Source: an uncultured bacterium
GTDB taxonomy: Bacteria > Patescibacteriota > Saccharimonadia > Saccharimonadales > 2-12-FULL-41-12
Length of the DNA stretch: 64,000 nucleotides
NCBI GenBank assembly: GCA_963834265.1
Contig: CAWIAU010000002.1
Span: 11,929-75,928 of the forward strand
Direction of reading: 5' to 3'
The notes beneath the pieces were generated by a model. That model searched no databases and had not been told where the DNA came from. It was given only the letters and a program-made list of their open reading frames with translations. This document shows, in pieces, positions 8,585 through 18,410 of the stretch. Position 1 is the first letter of the stretch, and every line of letters begins with the position of its first letter. The position numbers and the translations under genes were made by a program.

Positions 8585-9811
8585 TTATTTTTTTTCAACA
8601 ATAGCGAAGTTATTTTTGCCACGGCGCAGAAGATTATTTCCCTTTACAAAAAGATCCAGATTTTGCGGACCGGCCTTCTGGCCATTAATAAATATCGCGC
8701 CACTGTCGAGGAACTTACGAGCTTCGATTTTGGATGTAGCCAATAAGGCGTTTACTATTATTTCCGGCAGATCTTCACTTGCAGATACAACAGTTAACTC
8801 CCTTTTAAGCAATACCATCTGGTCCTTAGCCAGCTCCAAAAAGTCACCTTCGCCAAAGAGTATTTCAGTCACTTTCTTTACCTCATCAGCCCGCTTTTTA
8901 CTATGTACTAATTTTGTCACCTCATATGCCAGGGCTCGTTGTGCAATGCGGCCTGCACGATTTGCTTCGAATTCGGCCATAAGTACTTCGATCTGCGCTT
9001 TGTCGAATTCGGTGAATATTTTGAGGTAGCTTTCTACTCCCGCGTCATCAACATTGAGCCAGAACTGATAAAAATTAAGTGCTCTTGTACCGGACTCATC
9101 CAGCCAGATTGCACCGTCTTCACTTTTGCCGAATTTCCTGCCGGTAGCATTGTTGATAATAAGGGGCATGGTAATAGCATGAACATCTTTACCTCTGGTC
9201 CTGCGTACTATTTCTACTCCGCTCAAACAGTTACCCCATTGATCTGAGCCGCCAAGTTGTAAACAACAGCCGAATTTATCAAATAAATGGAGGTAGTCAT
9301 AGCCTTGTAACAATGTGTAGCTGAACTCTGCATAGCTGATACCAGTAGCAGGATCATTAATACGCTGGGCAATATAGTCCCGCTGTACCAGCGACGCCAT
9401 ACCGAAATGTTTGCCAATATCTCTCAGAAAAGGTAATAATTTAACATCCTTGAGCCAGTCAAGATTATTGACTACTCTGACTTTGCTATGCAATATACGG
9501 TTTATTTGCTTTTCAGCATTAGCGGTATTTTGCTTAATGACTTTTTCGTTCTGAACAGGACGTTCCTTGTCTTTGCCGCCGGGATCACCTATCAAAGTAG
9601 TTGCACCTCCGAGTAACATAATAGCTTCGTGACCATGACGCAAAAATACTTTATCAAACATGAGTCCTGCCAGATTTCCAATAGTCTGAGAATCAGCGGA
9701 TGTATCGTAACCGTGGTAAAATGTCCACTTTTTGCTATCCAGTGCTGAGAAGTCACCAAATGTTGACTGCTGCACAAAACCGCGCCAGAGTAATTCTTCG
9801 GATAGCGTCAT
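8585..9811 (-). CDS. tyrS: Tyrosyl-tRNA synthetase (HIGH motif degenerate: TIGN)
   Basis: 408 aa. Motifs: GYDTSADS, LLGGATTLIGDPGGK, GGSDQWGN, KMSKS-type KFGKS, C-terminal S4-like domain. Residues 43-46 read TIGN where HIGH/HLGH is expected. Confidence 0.9.
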   Translation of the reverse strand: MTLSEELLWRGFVQQSTFGDFSALDSKKWTFYHGYDTSADSQTIGNLAGLMFDKVFLRHGHEAIMLLGGATTLIGDPGGKDKERPVQNEKVIKQNTANAEKQINRILHSKVRVVNNLDWLKDVKLLPFLRDIGKHFGMASLVQRDYIAQRINDPATGISYAEFSYTLLQGYDYLHLFDKFGCCLQLGGSDQWGNCLSGVEIVRRTRGKDVHAITMPLIINNATGRKFGKSEDGAIWLDESGTRALNFYQFWLNVDDAGVESYLKIFTEFDKAQIEVLMAEFEANRAGRIAQRALAYEVTKLVHSKKRADEVKKVTEILFGEGDFLELAKDQMVLLKRELTVVSASEDLPEIIVNALLATSKIEARKFLDSGAIFINGQKAGPQNLDLFVKGNNLLRRGKNNFAIVEKK

Positions 9812-10018
9812 AATATACGCTTAAGTATATAGGATTTTCCTGTTTTTCTACACCCCTGCACTAACTTAAATTGGCTGCAAACTCCCTGTCTTTTCTTTAT
9901 ATACCTATGGCTGCTTCTTATAGAGCTAAAAGATTTTCGCTACATTAGGACTATTCCGGAAACTATAGAAAATCAGGAAAATACTATACGGAAAATCTGC
10001 TTATTTTCGAGGTCAGAA

Positions 10019-10027
10019 TGATATAAT
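10019..10027 (+). promoter_or_regulatory. Candidate extended -10 promoter (TGaTATAAT) upstream of the PBP gene
   Basis: Sequence ggtcagaaTGATATAATggttaggattATG lies in the 280-nt divergent tyrS/PBP intergenic region. No convincing -35. Confidence 0.35.
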
Positions 10028-10090
10028 GGTTAGGATTATGAGCACGGAGTTCCGAAGCATAGGGGTTATCACTACTATCTGACTTTTATT

Positions 10091-13000
10091 ATGAGCAAAC
10101 TCAACAAAAAACCGAAGCTGGACCGCTTGAGCAAACAGCCTAGGGCTGCCAAAAATCAGTACGTCACAAAGAATGGCCAGAAGATAAAACTACATCGTAA
10201 TCTGGGGTCACGCCTTAAAGCGCGTAAAGATGCACGCATGCGCAAAAAAGCTGCTTATCTGGCTACTCTTCCGAAAGGGCGTATCAAACGTACCATGTAC
10301 CGTATGCACCCTAAACGCATGGCAAAATACTGGTTTAGCCGTCAGGGAGCTATTATGGGTCTCAAGATTACCGGAGCCGGTATTCTGGTTATGTTTCTTC
10401 TTCTGGTGGGCATATTTGCTTATTTCCGCAAGGACTTGCCGAATCTGCGTGATATTTCAGGCAATAACATTGGTGGTTCTATTCGTTATTACGACCGTAC
10501 AGGCAATACTTTGCTGTTTGAAGACTACGACACTGTCAAACGTAATCCGGTAGAAGATCCTGATATAGCACAGGTCATGAAAGATGCTACCGTAGCAGTA
10601 GAAGATAAGGACTTCTTTAAGCATGGCGGTTTCGATGTACGGGGCATCACACGGGCAGGTGTGAATAACGTTGTAGGTGGTGGCAGTACCCAAGGTGGAT
10701 CAACTATAACCCAGCAACTCGTAAAGCTCACGCAGAACTGGAGCAAAGAGCGGACTTACACTCGCAAAGTCAAAGAGCTTATTCTTTCTGTGGAACTTGA
10801 ACGCAGCTATACCAAGAAAGAAATTCTGGCAGGATACCTCAATACTGCTCCGTATGGAGACATTACTTATGGAGCAGAGGCAGCCATGCGCGACTATTTC
10901 CAGAAATCTGCTAAAGATATAACATTAGATGAAGCAGCATTTCTGGCGGCTATACCCAAATCGCCGACTCTTTACTCGCCTTATGGCAGTCGATACGATA
11001 AAGGATCACTGATAGGCCGGCAGCATTACATTCTGGATCTGATGGCCGAGCAGGGCATGATTACCGGCGCTCAACGGGACGAGGCCAAAAAAATTGACAC
11101 TATAGCCAATATTAAACCCCGTGCGCCCAGTAAGTACACGGGTATTACAGCACCATGGTTTGTACTGACGGCAAAGGAATCGTTAATAGCCGAGCGTGGT
11201 GCCGAAACAGTGCGACTGGGTGGACTCAAAGTTATTACGACGCTTGATCTGGACAAACAACGTCTTGCCGAAGAACAGGTACAAAAGGGTTTACGTCAGG
11301 TACAACGACAGGGCGGAGACAGTATAAGCTTTGTGGCAGAAGATGTTAAGACAGGACAGGTAGTTGCCCTTGTGGGAGGTGTTGACTTCAACAATAAAGC
11401 ATACGGTGAAAATAATTATGCACGCGCCAAATTGCCTCCCGGATCGAGCTTCAAACCATATGACTATATATCAGTTATCGAAAATACCGATCAATTCGGC
11501 GCCGGTACCGTACTCTATGATTCCCCTGACCCTCTGGAAGGCTATCCCTGCACCAATAAAAATGATCCCAAACGTGGCGGCAACTGTCTGCGAAATTATG
11601 ACCTACGGTATCCCGGACCGGTTACCATACGTTATGCGCTGGGAGGCTCACGCAACGTACCGGCTGTCAAGGCATTTCTGACTGCCGGAGCGGACAAAAC
11701 TATCGATGTAGCCAACAGGCTGGGTCTCAAAGACAAAGGCGGCGATATTGAGGGAAATGGCTATAAATGCTATGAGCCGGGAGATGAAAGCTTAACCAAA
11801 GAAGCACAATGTGGCGGCTCTGCAGCCATTGGCGACGGAGCCTATCTGAAGCTGGATGAGCATGTCCATGCTTATAGCACTATCTCACGCAATGGCCGGC
11901 TTATACCGCAAACGTATATTCTGAAGATTCAGGATGCTTCTAATAAGACCGTTATGGAGTGGAAACCCAGTGAGGGCAAGCAGGCAGTTCGTGAAGATTC
12001 TGCTTATATTGTGGCCGATATGATGTCTGATCCGAAAGCCAGCTATTTCAGCAATCCTAAACCCCAGACAGGTGCAAACGGCTGGAAATTCAGCCTGAAG
12101 ACCGGTACTACCAACGACCGCAAAGACGGCTGGATGCTGGGCTTCTCTACACAATATTCTGTAGGTGTATGGGTCGGTGATCACACAAATCAGGTAGAAA
12201 TGACCGGAGCTATGGAAAACATGACCTTACCGATCTGGAATGGCTGGATGAAAGAAGTCCATAAGAATATCAAAAATGAAGAGCGGCCACGACCAAAAGG
12301 CGTGCAATCGCTGCCATCATATATAGTTCGCAGTCATGTCGGCTTTGGTTCTGTCGAACCAAGCCCGACCAATGACCTGTATCCGTCGTGGTATAAGGCT
12401 AAGCAACGGGGCTCCGGTAATCAGACCATTGACATAGTTTCGGGCAAGTTAGCGACGGATTGTACTCCGGGAAGAGCCAGACAAAATGCTGCTAACGCTG
12501 CAGCCAATATATTTTCGAGTGATAAGTTCCACCCGGGAGGTGGAGGAGCCTCATCATCAAATACGAGTGAAAAAGATGATGTTCATAAATGCGAAGACGC
12601 CAAGCCCAGCATAACTATTACCGGTCCCGCCACATGCGCAGGCAACTGTAGCTTTACTGCTACTGTTACTCAGGGAACACATCCTTTGTCAGGTGACCGA
12701 TTCCGCGGGACGATCAATTTCAAAGTCGGAGATCAGATTGTTCAAACCAAAACTGTCAGCAACAGTCCGTCCACGGTTCAGTTTGATTACAACTCTACTA
12801 TAACCGGTCAGCAGGGAGTTTCGGCAGAGATAATTGATAGCGTGCTCTATGACAGTGTTGACAGTCTGACAGTGTCTTTCAGCGGCCCGGAGAGCGGGAG
12901 TCCAGCAACTCCGACGACGATAAGCCTGAGCGTAAGCGGAAGCGGGACTAACTTTAACTTTAACTGGACTACGATTTCCGGAGGCGCACCATATCAGCTA

Positions 13001-13147
13001 TGTATTGCGTCGACGACCAGCGCCAATAATTTTGTTTGTTCTGCCGCCGGTAACCCTGCCAGTGAACCCAGAATTGTAACAGGCAATAATAAAAAGGCAT
13101 ATGTAAAGTCCAGCAGTGGCGTCCAGTCAAATACTGCCGGATTCTAG
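10091..13147 (+). CDS. Class A penicillin-binding protein (GT51 transglycosylase + transpeptidase) with a ~240-aa C-terminal extension
   Basis: 1018 aa with an N-terminal TM. GT51 motifs EDKDFFKHGGFD and GGSTITQQLVK. Transpeptidase motifs SSFKP, SRN and KTGTT. The tail is Cys- and Ser/Thr-rich and looks beta-rich. Confidence 0.92.
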   Translation: MSKLNKKPKLDRLSKQPRAAKNQYVTKNGQKIKLHRNLGSRLKARKDARMRKKAAYLATLPKGRIKRTMYRMHPKRMAKYWFSRQGAIMGLKITGAGILVMFLLLVGIFAYFRKDLPNLRDISGNNIGGSIRYYDRTGNTLLFEDYDTVKRNPVEDPDIAQVMKDATVAVEDKDFFKHGGFDVRGITRAGVNNVVGGGSTQGGSTITQQLVKLTQNWSKERTYTRKVKELILSVELERSYTKKEILAGYLNTAPYGDITYGAEAAMRDYFQKSAKDITLDEAAFLAAIPKSPTLYSPYGSRYDKGSLIGRQHYILDLMAEQGMITGAQRDEAKKIDTIANIKPRAPSKYTGITAPWFVLTAKESLIAERGAETVRLGGLKVITTLDLDKQRLAEEQVQKGLRQVQRQGGDSISFVAEDVKTGQVVALVGGVDFNNKAYGENNYARAKLPPGSSFKPYDYISVIENTDQFGAGTVLYDSPDPLEGYPCTNKNDPKRGGNCLRNYDLRYPGPVTIRYALGGSRNVPAVKAFLTAGADKTIDVANRLGLKDKGGDIEGNGYKCYEPGDESLTKEAQCGGSAAIGDGAYLKLDEHVHAYSTISRNGRLIPQTYILKIQDASNKTVMEWKPSEGKQAVREDSAYIVADMMSDPKASYFSNPKPQTGANGWKFSLKTGTTNDRKDGWMLGFSTQYSVGVWVGDHTNQVEMTGAMENMTLPIWNGWMKEVHKNIKNEERPRPKGVQSLPSYIVRSHVGFGSVEPSPTNDLYPSWYKAKQRGSGNQTIDIVSGKLATDCTPGRARQNAANAAANIFSSDKFHPGGGGASSSNTSEKDDVHKCEDAKPSITITGPATCAGNCSFTATVTQGTHPLSGDRFRGTINFKVGDQIVQTKTVSNSPSTVQFDYNSTITGQQGVSAEIIDSVLYDSVDSLTVSFSGPESGSPATPTTISLSVSGSGTNFNFNWTTISGGAPYQLCIASTTSANNFVCSAAGNPASEPRIVTGNNKKAYVKSSSGVQSNTAGF

Positions 13148-14496
13148 GTATGCAGATATGTATTTAAGGCCGTACGAATATCCGGAACAGGCTGGAGTAA
13201 AGCTGATTTCCTGCCTCCCGAAGGGCGAGGACAGATAACTGTGTCGAAACCAAGTTTTTTGGCTTCTGTCAGGCGCTTTTCGGCAAACGGCACATGGCGG
13301 ACTTCGCCGGATAAGCCGACTTCACCGTACACAACGGCATTGCCTTTGAGCTGTAAGCCCTTTGCTGCTGATCCGATTGCCATACATATCGCCAGATCAG
13401 CAGCTGGTTCAGTAATCTTCATGCCGCCTACTATATTGATATAAATATCCTGATCTGATAATTGCAATTTTGTCCGACGTTCCAGCATTGCTATCAGCAA
13501 ATTTAATCTGTTCAGCTCGATACCGCTGGCAGCTCGTTTGGGATAACCATAGGATGTTTTGTTGACCAGAGCCTGAACTTCAACAAGCAAAGGACGACTG
13601 CCTTCCATGGTAGCCAGAACTACCGACCCGTCGCTGATCTGGCGCTCAGCCAACAAAGCTGCTGATGGGTTAGATACCTCTCTGAGACCGTCGTCCTGCA
13701 TTTCAAATATTCCCGCTTCACTTGTCGATCCGAAGCGATTTTTGATACTACGCAGTATCTTAAATCCGCCATAACGATCACCCTCCAATTGCAAAACCAC
13801 ATCCACTACATGCTCCAGAACTTTTGGTCCGGCAATACTTCCTTCTTTAGTCACATGCCCGACTAATAACACGGCTGTAGCCGTTTGCTTAGCGGCACTC
13901 ATTAGCAAATGGGTACTATTGGTTATCTGACTGACACTACCAGCCATAGATGGCACCCCGTTTACAGTCATAGTCTGGATAGAGTCAACTATTACGACGT
14001 TATACTCTTTTTTGGCAATAGTGCCGGCAATATCTTCTGAGCTGGTACTGGTCGCCAGTTTCAGTCGGCTTACATTGGCATTCAGGCGCGACGCGCGTAG
14101 TCCGATCTGGTGTACTGATTCTTCTCCGCTAACATACAGAACTTTGGCTTTATCTGATAATAACGCAGCAATCTGCAGCATAAGGGTGCTTTTGCCGATA
14201 CCGGGCTGACCGGCGACCAGTGTTACGCTGCCCGGCACAACACCGCCGCCCAGTACTGTATCTACGTCGCGAAGTCCGGTGATTAATCGTGGCAGATTAT
14301 CAACTTCAGCAACTTGCGCTGCTGACACTGCTTCGATCTTCTTCCCGGCCTTAGCCGTTATACCGGTTGCTGTGACTACCGCAACTTCTTCCTGTAGAGT
14401 ATTCCATTCCCCGCAGCTGGCACAGCGTCCGGCCCATGCCGCGTACATCGCCCCGCAATTAGTACATACAAACTGACTACTCTGCCTCTTTGCCAT
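13144..14496 (-). CDS. radA: DNA repair protein RadA/Sms
   Basis: 450 aa. N-terminal zinc finger CTNCG...CASCGEWNT, Walker A GQPGIGKST, KNRFG motif, Lon-like C-terminal domain. Confidence 0.95.
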   Translation of the reverse strand: MAKRQSSQFVCTNCGAMYAAWAGRCASCGEWNTLQEEVAVVTATGITAKAGKKIEAVSAAQVAEVDNLPRLITGLRDVDTVLGGGVVPGSVTLVAGQPGIGKSTLMLQIAALLSDKAKVLYVSGEESVHQIGLRASRLNANVSRLKLATSTSSEDIAGTIAKKEYNVVIVDSIQTMTVNGVPSMAGSVSQITNSTHLLMSAAKQTATAVLLVGHVTKEGSIAGPKVLEHVVDVVLQLEGDRYGGFKILRSIKNRFGSTSEAGIFEMQDDGLREVSNPSAALLAERQISDGSVVLATMEGSRPLLVEVQALVNKTSYGYPKRAASGIELNRLNLLIAMLERRTKLQLSDQDIYINIVGGMKITEPAADLAICMAIGSAAKGLQLKGNAVVYGEVGLSGEVRHVPFAEKRLTEAKKLGFDTVICPRPSGGRKSALLQPVPDIRTALNTYLHT

Positions 14497-14502
14497 TCTA
14501 AT

Positions 14503-14508
14503 ATTCTA
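14503..14508 (-). promoter_or_regulatory. Candidate -10 box (TAGAAT) 6 nt upstream of the radA ATG
   Basis: Minus-strand sequence is gaTAGAATattagaATG, inside the 22-nt gap after the upstream gene. No SD at functional spacing. Confidence 0.3.
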
Positions 14509-14518
14509 TCACTCCTGA

Positions 14519-15490
14519 TTATTGTTTTTGTTCGGCAGGTACGGAGTTGCTGTCTATGGCCTGTGCCAGTTCCTGTTCTGTTGTGGCTGCTGCATTGCGC
14601 TTCTCTACGATACTGTTGTATTCGATAATAATACGTTTTGCCTGCCCTACCAGATTATTGTATTGATTTACCAGACTATTAAAGCCCGGTACCATGGCAT
14701 TGTATTGCTCAGTCTGCTTATTGGCCAATAGTTCATTCAGGGTTGTCCGTTGAGCTTCGACAGTCTTACCCAGGACATCTATTTGCGATTCATTTGCTTC
14801 GATCCGGGTTTTCAGCCGTGTTAACTGAGCGTCGTAATCAGCAACCTGACTCCGGAGATTCACAAACGTCTGTTCGTATTGTTCAGAGAATGCAACGACT
14901 TTTTTGCGATCAGTGAAATACCGTCCGAAGTATTGCTCCAGTTCGGGCGTTAGATCACGTATTTCTGTGCCAAGAATAGAATGCAATTCCGTAGGCACTA
15001 CATTCGGATCCCTGGCCCGGTATTGTTCAACAGTTTTCGCTATACGTTCATCCTTCAGATTGGCGAAAAATTCAGCAGTTAATCTGTCGATACGTTTGCG
15101 CTCCGATCCACTAAGTCTGTCATACTCAGCATGTAATATTTCATGAGCGGCAGTTACTTCGATAATTCCTCTCAATCGGGGGTCGGTTACATCAAGCAGG
15201 AATATGCCTCTCCGCGTATCGTAACAACCAAGCACAATTGACTGCTCCTCAACGCCACACTGGCTCCTGAAAGCTGTTTTATCATCCAGCTCCGGATGAT
15301 TGATATAAAATACGCGGCGCGTGGGATCCCGCATAGTTGTCTGATCGGCAAGTTGGACAATCCTGGCCGGTGGCTGGTAATTTCTGAGAGCGGCATAGTC
15401 GAATATATCCTGCTGTCGCGTAACTGCCACAATACAGAGCGATATAAATGCTGCAAGGAAAAACCAAGGTAATAGTTTTCTTTTATTCAT
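14519..15490 (-). CDS. Membrane-anchored hypothetical protein with an HExxH motif and a long C-terminal coiled coil
   Basis: 323 aa. N-terminal TM (LLPWFFLAAFISLCIVAV), AAHEILHAEY (HExxH), and a C-terminal third that is heptad-like and Q/E/N-rich. Confidence 0.65.
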   Translation of the reverse strand: MNKRKLLPWFFLAAFISLCIVAVTRQQDIFDYAALRNYQPPARIVQLADQTTMRDPTRRVFYINHPELDDKTAFRSQCGVEEQSIVLGCYDTRRGIFLLDVTDPRLRGIIEVTAAHEILHAEYDRLSGSERKRIDRLTAEFFANLKDERIAKTVEQYRARDPNVVPTELHSILGTEIRDLTPELEQYFGRYFTDRKKVVAFSEQYEQTFVNLRSQVADYDAQLTRLKTRIEANESQIDVLGKTVEAQRTTLNELLANKQTEQYNAMVPGFNSLVNQYNNLVGQAKRIIIEYNSIVEKRNAAATTEQELAQAIDSNSVPAEQKQ

Positions 15491-15503
15491 GTTCTGATGA
15501 CTA

Positions 15504-17984
15504 TTATGCCAGAGATTTTTCTCTGCTTACATGGAAATTTAATTTTCCGGAGCGCAGGGAGACGGTAATAACATCACCTTTCTGATATGTGCCCTCTAAT
15601 AATCCCCTGGATATGTGATCTTCCAGCTCATTTTCGAGTAGCCGGCGGAGGGGCCGCACACCGTTCTGAACATCATAACCCTTTTCCATAAGATTCTTTT
15701 TGGCCGCAGAATTAAGTTTAATAGCAAGGCCCTGATGCAAGAGTCTCTTTGACAGCTTATCCAGATGCAAGTCCAGAATTTTCAAAATTTCATCCCTGGT
15801 CAGAGCATGGAAGACAACCGTCTTATCGATTCGGTTCAAAAGTTCAGGACGCATCATTTTACGTAAAGATTCGAGTACTGAGGAGGCGTTACGCTCGTGT
15901 AAAGCCTCCAGATCATTCTTGTCCTTGATGCTGCGAACCGAGAATCCGAAATCGGCTTCTTTTTGTAGCTTTTCCGCCCCCAGATTACTCGTCATGATAA
16001 CAATAGTGTTGCTAAAATCAATTGCTCTGCCCTTGCCATCAGTCAGGCGGCCATCTTCCAGAATCTGCAGCAGAATGTTGAAGACCTCGGGGTGGGCTTT
16101 TTCGATCTCGTCGAATAATACGAGACTATAGGGCTGACGTCGGATTTTGTCTGTCAGCTGGCCTCCATCGTCGTAACCAACATAGCCCGCCGGTGCACCC
16201 ATCAGACGTGACACATTGTGATGCTCGCCGAATTCTGACATATCGATCTTGATCAAAGCATCATGACTACCGAAGAACTCACGAGCCAGTACACGAGCTA
16301 GTTCTGTCTTGCCAACCCCCGTAGGTCCCAGAAAAACAAAAGAACCAATAGGTCGTTTGTCGTCAGAAATACCACTGCGATTACGACGGATTGCCTTTGA
16401 TACAGCTTCGATAGCTTCACTTTGGCCGATGACATGTCCGGACAGAATTTTCTCCAGATTTAACAGATAGCGGGCCTCGCTGCGGATAACTTTGGTTACG
16501 GGTACGCCGGTAATGCGGGCTACAACTTCTGCCACGTCATCACTGTTCAGGCTCAGCGTGCGACTATTCTGATATTTACTCTGCAATTTGATGATGTCTT
16601 TGGATAGCTGGCTGGCTTTTGTCTTGTACCTGGCTGCAGCCTCATAGTCCTCGTTCGCGGCGGCATCTTCTATACGAACCTGCAGCAGACGCAGCTCTTT
16701 CTGACTTTTACGTAGTTCCGGCGGGGTTTTGCCTTTGCCTACCCGCACATGAGCTGCAGCCTCGTCCAGAAGATCGATTGCCTTATCCGGCATAAACCGA
16801 TCATTAATATACCGCCCGGCGAATCGAACAGTATCTTCGATCACTTCATCGCTGATGCGGATACTATGAAATGCTTCGTAGTGCTTTCGCAGACCTTTGA
16901 GAATACTAACTGTCTCGCTCGCTGTAGCCTCAGGAACTATTACCGGCTGGAACCGGCGTTCCAGTGCGGCATCTTTTTCGACGTATTTGGTATATTCGTT
17001 CGTCGTCGTAGCACCTATCAACTGAATTTTGCCACGGGCCAAAGCCGGTTTAAGCATATTTCCGGCGTCCATTGCACCCTCTGCTGCTCCGGCGCCGACA
17101 ATCAGATGAAGTTCATCAACAAATATTATAGTATTTTTATCATTTTCCAGTTCGGCCATAACTTTCTTCAACCGTTCTTCGAACTCACCACGATATTTGG
17201 TACCGGCTATCATGCCAGCCAGATCGAGCATAATGATTCGCTTACTGATCAGACTATCCGGCACATCTTCGGCAACTATACGGGCCGCTAAACCTTCTAC
17301 AATAGCCGTTTTACCCACACCAGGCTCACCGATAAGTACCGGATTACTTTTGGTCCGACGGGATAAAATAGTAATAACTCTTGCAATTTGAGCGTCACGG
17401 CCAATTACAGGATCAAGTTTGCCTGACCGGGCTTTTTCGGTCAGATCTGTACCGAAGAAATCCAAAGCAGACTTACGGGATTTTTTGCTGGTCCGGCCAT
17501 GCTCCAGCGATGAACCGTTAGTTTGCTGACTGCTCAGAAACTGGTCAAGTTCGCTAACCAGAGTATTGACTTCTACGCCCATAGCCCGTAGCATTTCGGA
17601 AGCACGGGCATTTTTCTGACTGAGGATGCTGTAGAGTATATGTTCAGTACCACAATATTCCTGATTATAATCCTGAGCAATTTCGTAAGCCATCTTGAGC
17701 GTCAGCTTTGCCACCTCGCTCAGGCCCTTAGCACCGAGGGCAGCTAATGGAGTGGAGTTTATATTCAGTGCTAATTTCGCTTTTTGTAGAGTTACCCCTG
17801 CACCATCTAACAACTTGGCACCAATCGATGATTCCTGCGCCAGTACACCCAGCAACAAGTGCTCGGTACCAACGTAGGGACTACCGCTACTACGGGCTAT
17901 CGCATCAGCATGACGTAAGCTGGCAAGCGCGTTTTCGGTCAGATGATTCAAAAATTCCTGAAAGTCAGGAGAAGCAGGCATCAT
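15504..17984 (-). CDS. clpC: ATP-dependent Clp protease ATP-binding subunit ClpC
   Basis: 826 aa. Double Clp_N repeat, Walker A motifs GEPGVGKTA and [12 protein letters not shown]-like [10 protein letters not shown] linker, and an FGF ClpP-docking loop (ADFGFSV). Confidence 0.9.
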   Translation of the reverse strand: MMPASPDFQEFLNHLTENALASLRHADAIARSSGSPYVGTEHLLLGVLAQESSIGAKLLDGAGVTLQKAKLALNINSTPLAALGAKGLSEVAKLTLKMAYEIAQDYNQEYCGTEHILYSILSQKNARASEMLRAMGVEVNTLVSELDQFLSSQQTNGSSLEHGRTSKKSRKSALDFFGTDLTEKARSGKLDPVIGRDAQIARVITILSRRTKSNPVLIGEPGVGKTAIVEGLAARIVAEDVPDSLISKRIIMLDLAGMIAGTKYRGEFEERLKKVMAELENDKNTIIFVDELHLIVGAGAAEGAMDAGNMLKPALARGKIQLIGATTTNEYTKYVEKDAALERRFQPVIVPEATASETVSILKGLRKHYEAFHSIRISDEVIEDTVRFAGRYINDRFMPDKAIDLLDEAAAHVRVGKGKTPPELRKSQKELRLLQVRIEDAAANEDYEAAARYKTKASQLSKDIIKLQSKYQNSRTLSLNSDDVAEVVARITGVPVTKVIRSEARYLLNLEKILSGHVIGQSEAIEAVSKAIRRNRSGISDDKRPIGSFVFLGPTGVGKTELARVLAREFFGSHDALIKIDMSEFGEHHNVSRLMGAPAGYVGYDDGGQLTDKIRRQPYSLVLFDEIEKAHPEVFNILLQILEDGRLTDGKGRAIDFSNTIVIMTSNLGAEKLQKEADFGFSVRSIKDKNDLEALHERNASSVLESLRKMMRPELLNRIDKTVVFHALTRDEILKILDLHLDKLSKRLLHQGLAIKLNSAAKKNLMEKGYDVQNGVRPLRRLLENELEDHISRGLLEGTYQKGDVITVSLRSGKLNFHVSREKSLA

Positions 17985-18050
17985 AAACTAATAATCCTAT
18001 TTATTAATACATTGTGAACTCTTAATGATCACACTATCCATAATATCATT

Positions 18051-18076
18051 TAGCACTCAAAGGTCAAGAGTGCCAA
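18051..18076. promoter_or_regulatory. CIRCE-like inverted repeat (putative HrcA operator) upstream of clpC
   Basis: TTAGCACTC-aaggtcaa-GAGTGCCAA versus the consensus TTAGCACTC-N9-GAGTGCTAA. One arm mismatch; by my count the spacer is 8 nt, not 9. It lies 67-92 nt upstream of the clpC ATG. Confidence 0.55.
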
Positions 18077-18171
18077 TATTACTGATTATTGTATTTTATG
18101 GAGCCCAGCAGTATGTTAATTTTTCTGAGAAGTTTAGTGAAATGCAGCCTTAGCTCCGGAGCCAGTATTAT

Positions 18172-18390
18172 TCAACGCTGTTCGACATGAGCCGGAATGT
18201 CAACCTCCAAACCAGGAATAGAATCGGCATCAGGTCTGCCGTCTCTTAATGCGCTTGTACAGCCATTCATAACTTCAGGGCCTGCAGCAAAGGCAATTAC
18301 TACAGCTGCAAGTGTACATATTCTGCCAACGGTAGAAAAACCATCTTCTGCGTATGCCCGGAGTTGTATTTTTCTATCGTAATCAAGCAT
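18172..18390 (-). CDS. Possible small hypothetical protein (72 aa)
   Basis: ORF between nusA and clpC on the same strand with one hydrophobic stretch (ICTLAAVVIAFAAG). A same-size antisense ORF exists, so the coding call is weak. Confidence 0.3.
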   Translation of the reverse strand: MLDYDRKIQLRAYAEDGFSTVGRICTLAAVVIAFAAGPEVMNGCTSALRDGRPDADSIPGLEVDIPAHVEQR

Positions 18391-18410
18391 AAGATAGAAC
18401 TCTGCGACAT

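Noticed and set aside
8472-9029. 185-aa plus-strand ORF across the methyltransferase/tyrS junction. Similar long antisense ORFs occur at 16749..17291, 35170..35613, 46899..47396, 49974..50540 and 54932..55462.
   Set aside because: All lie antisense to genes with strong family motifs and have low-complexity or odd composition. They are shadow ORFs.
9812-10090. Possible T-box leader upstream of tyrS
   Set aside because: I could not find the T-box sequence (AANNNGGGUGGNACCGCG) or a specifier/terminator arrangement on the minus strand of this 280-nt region.
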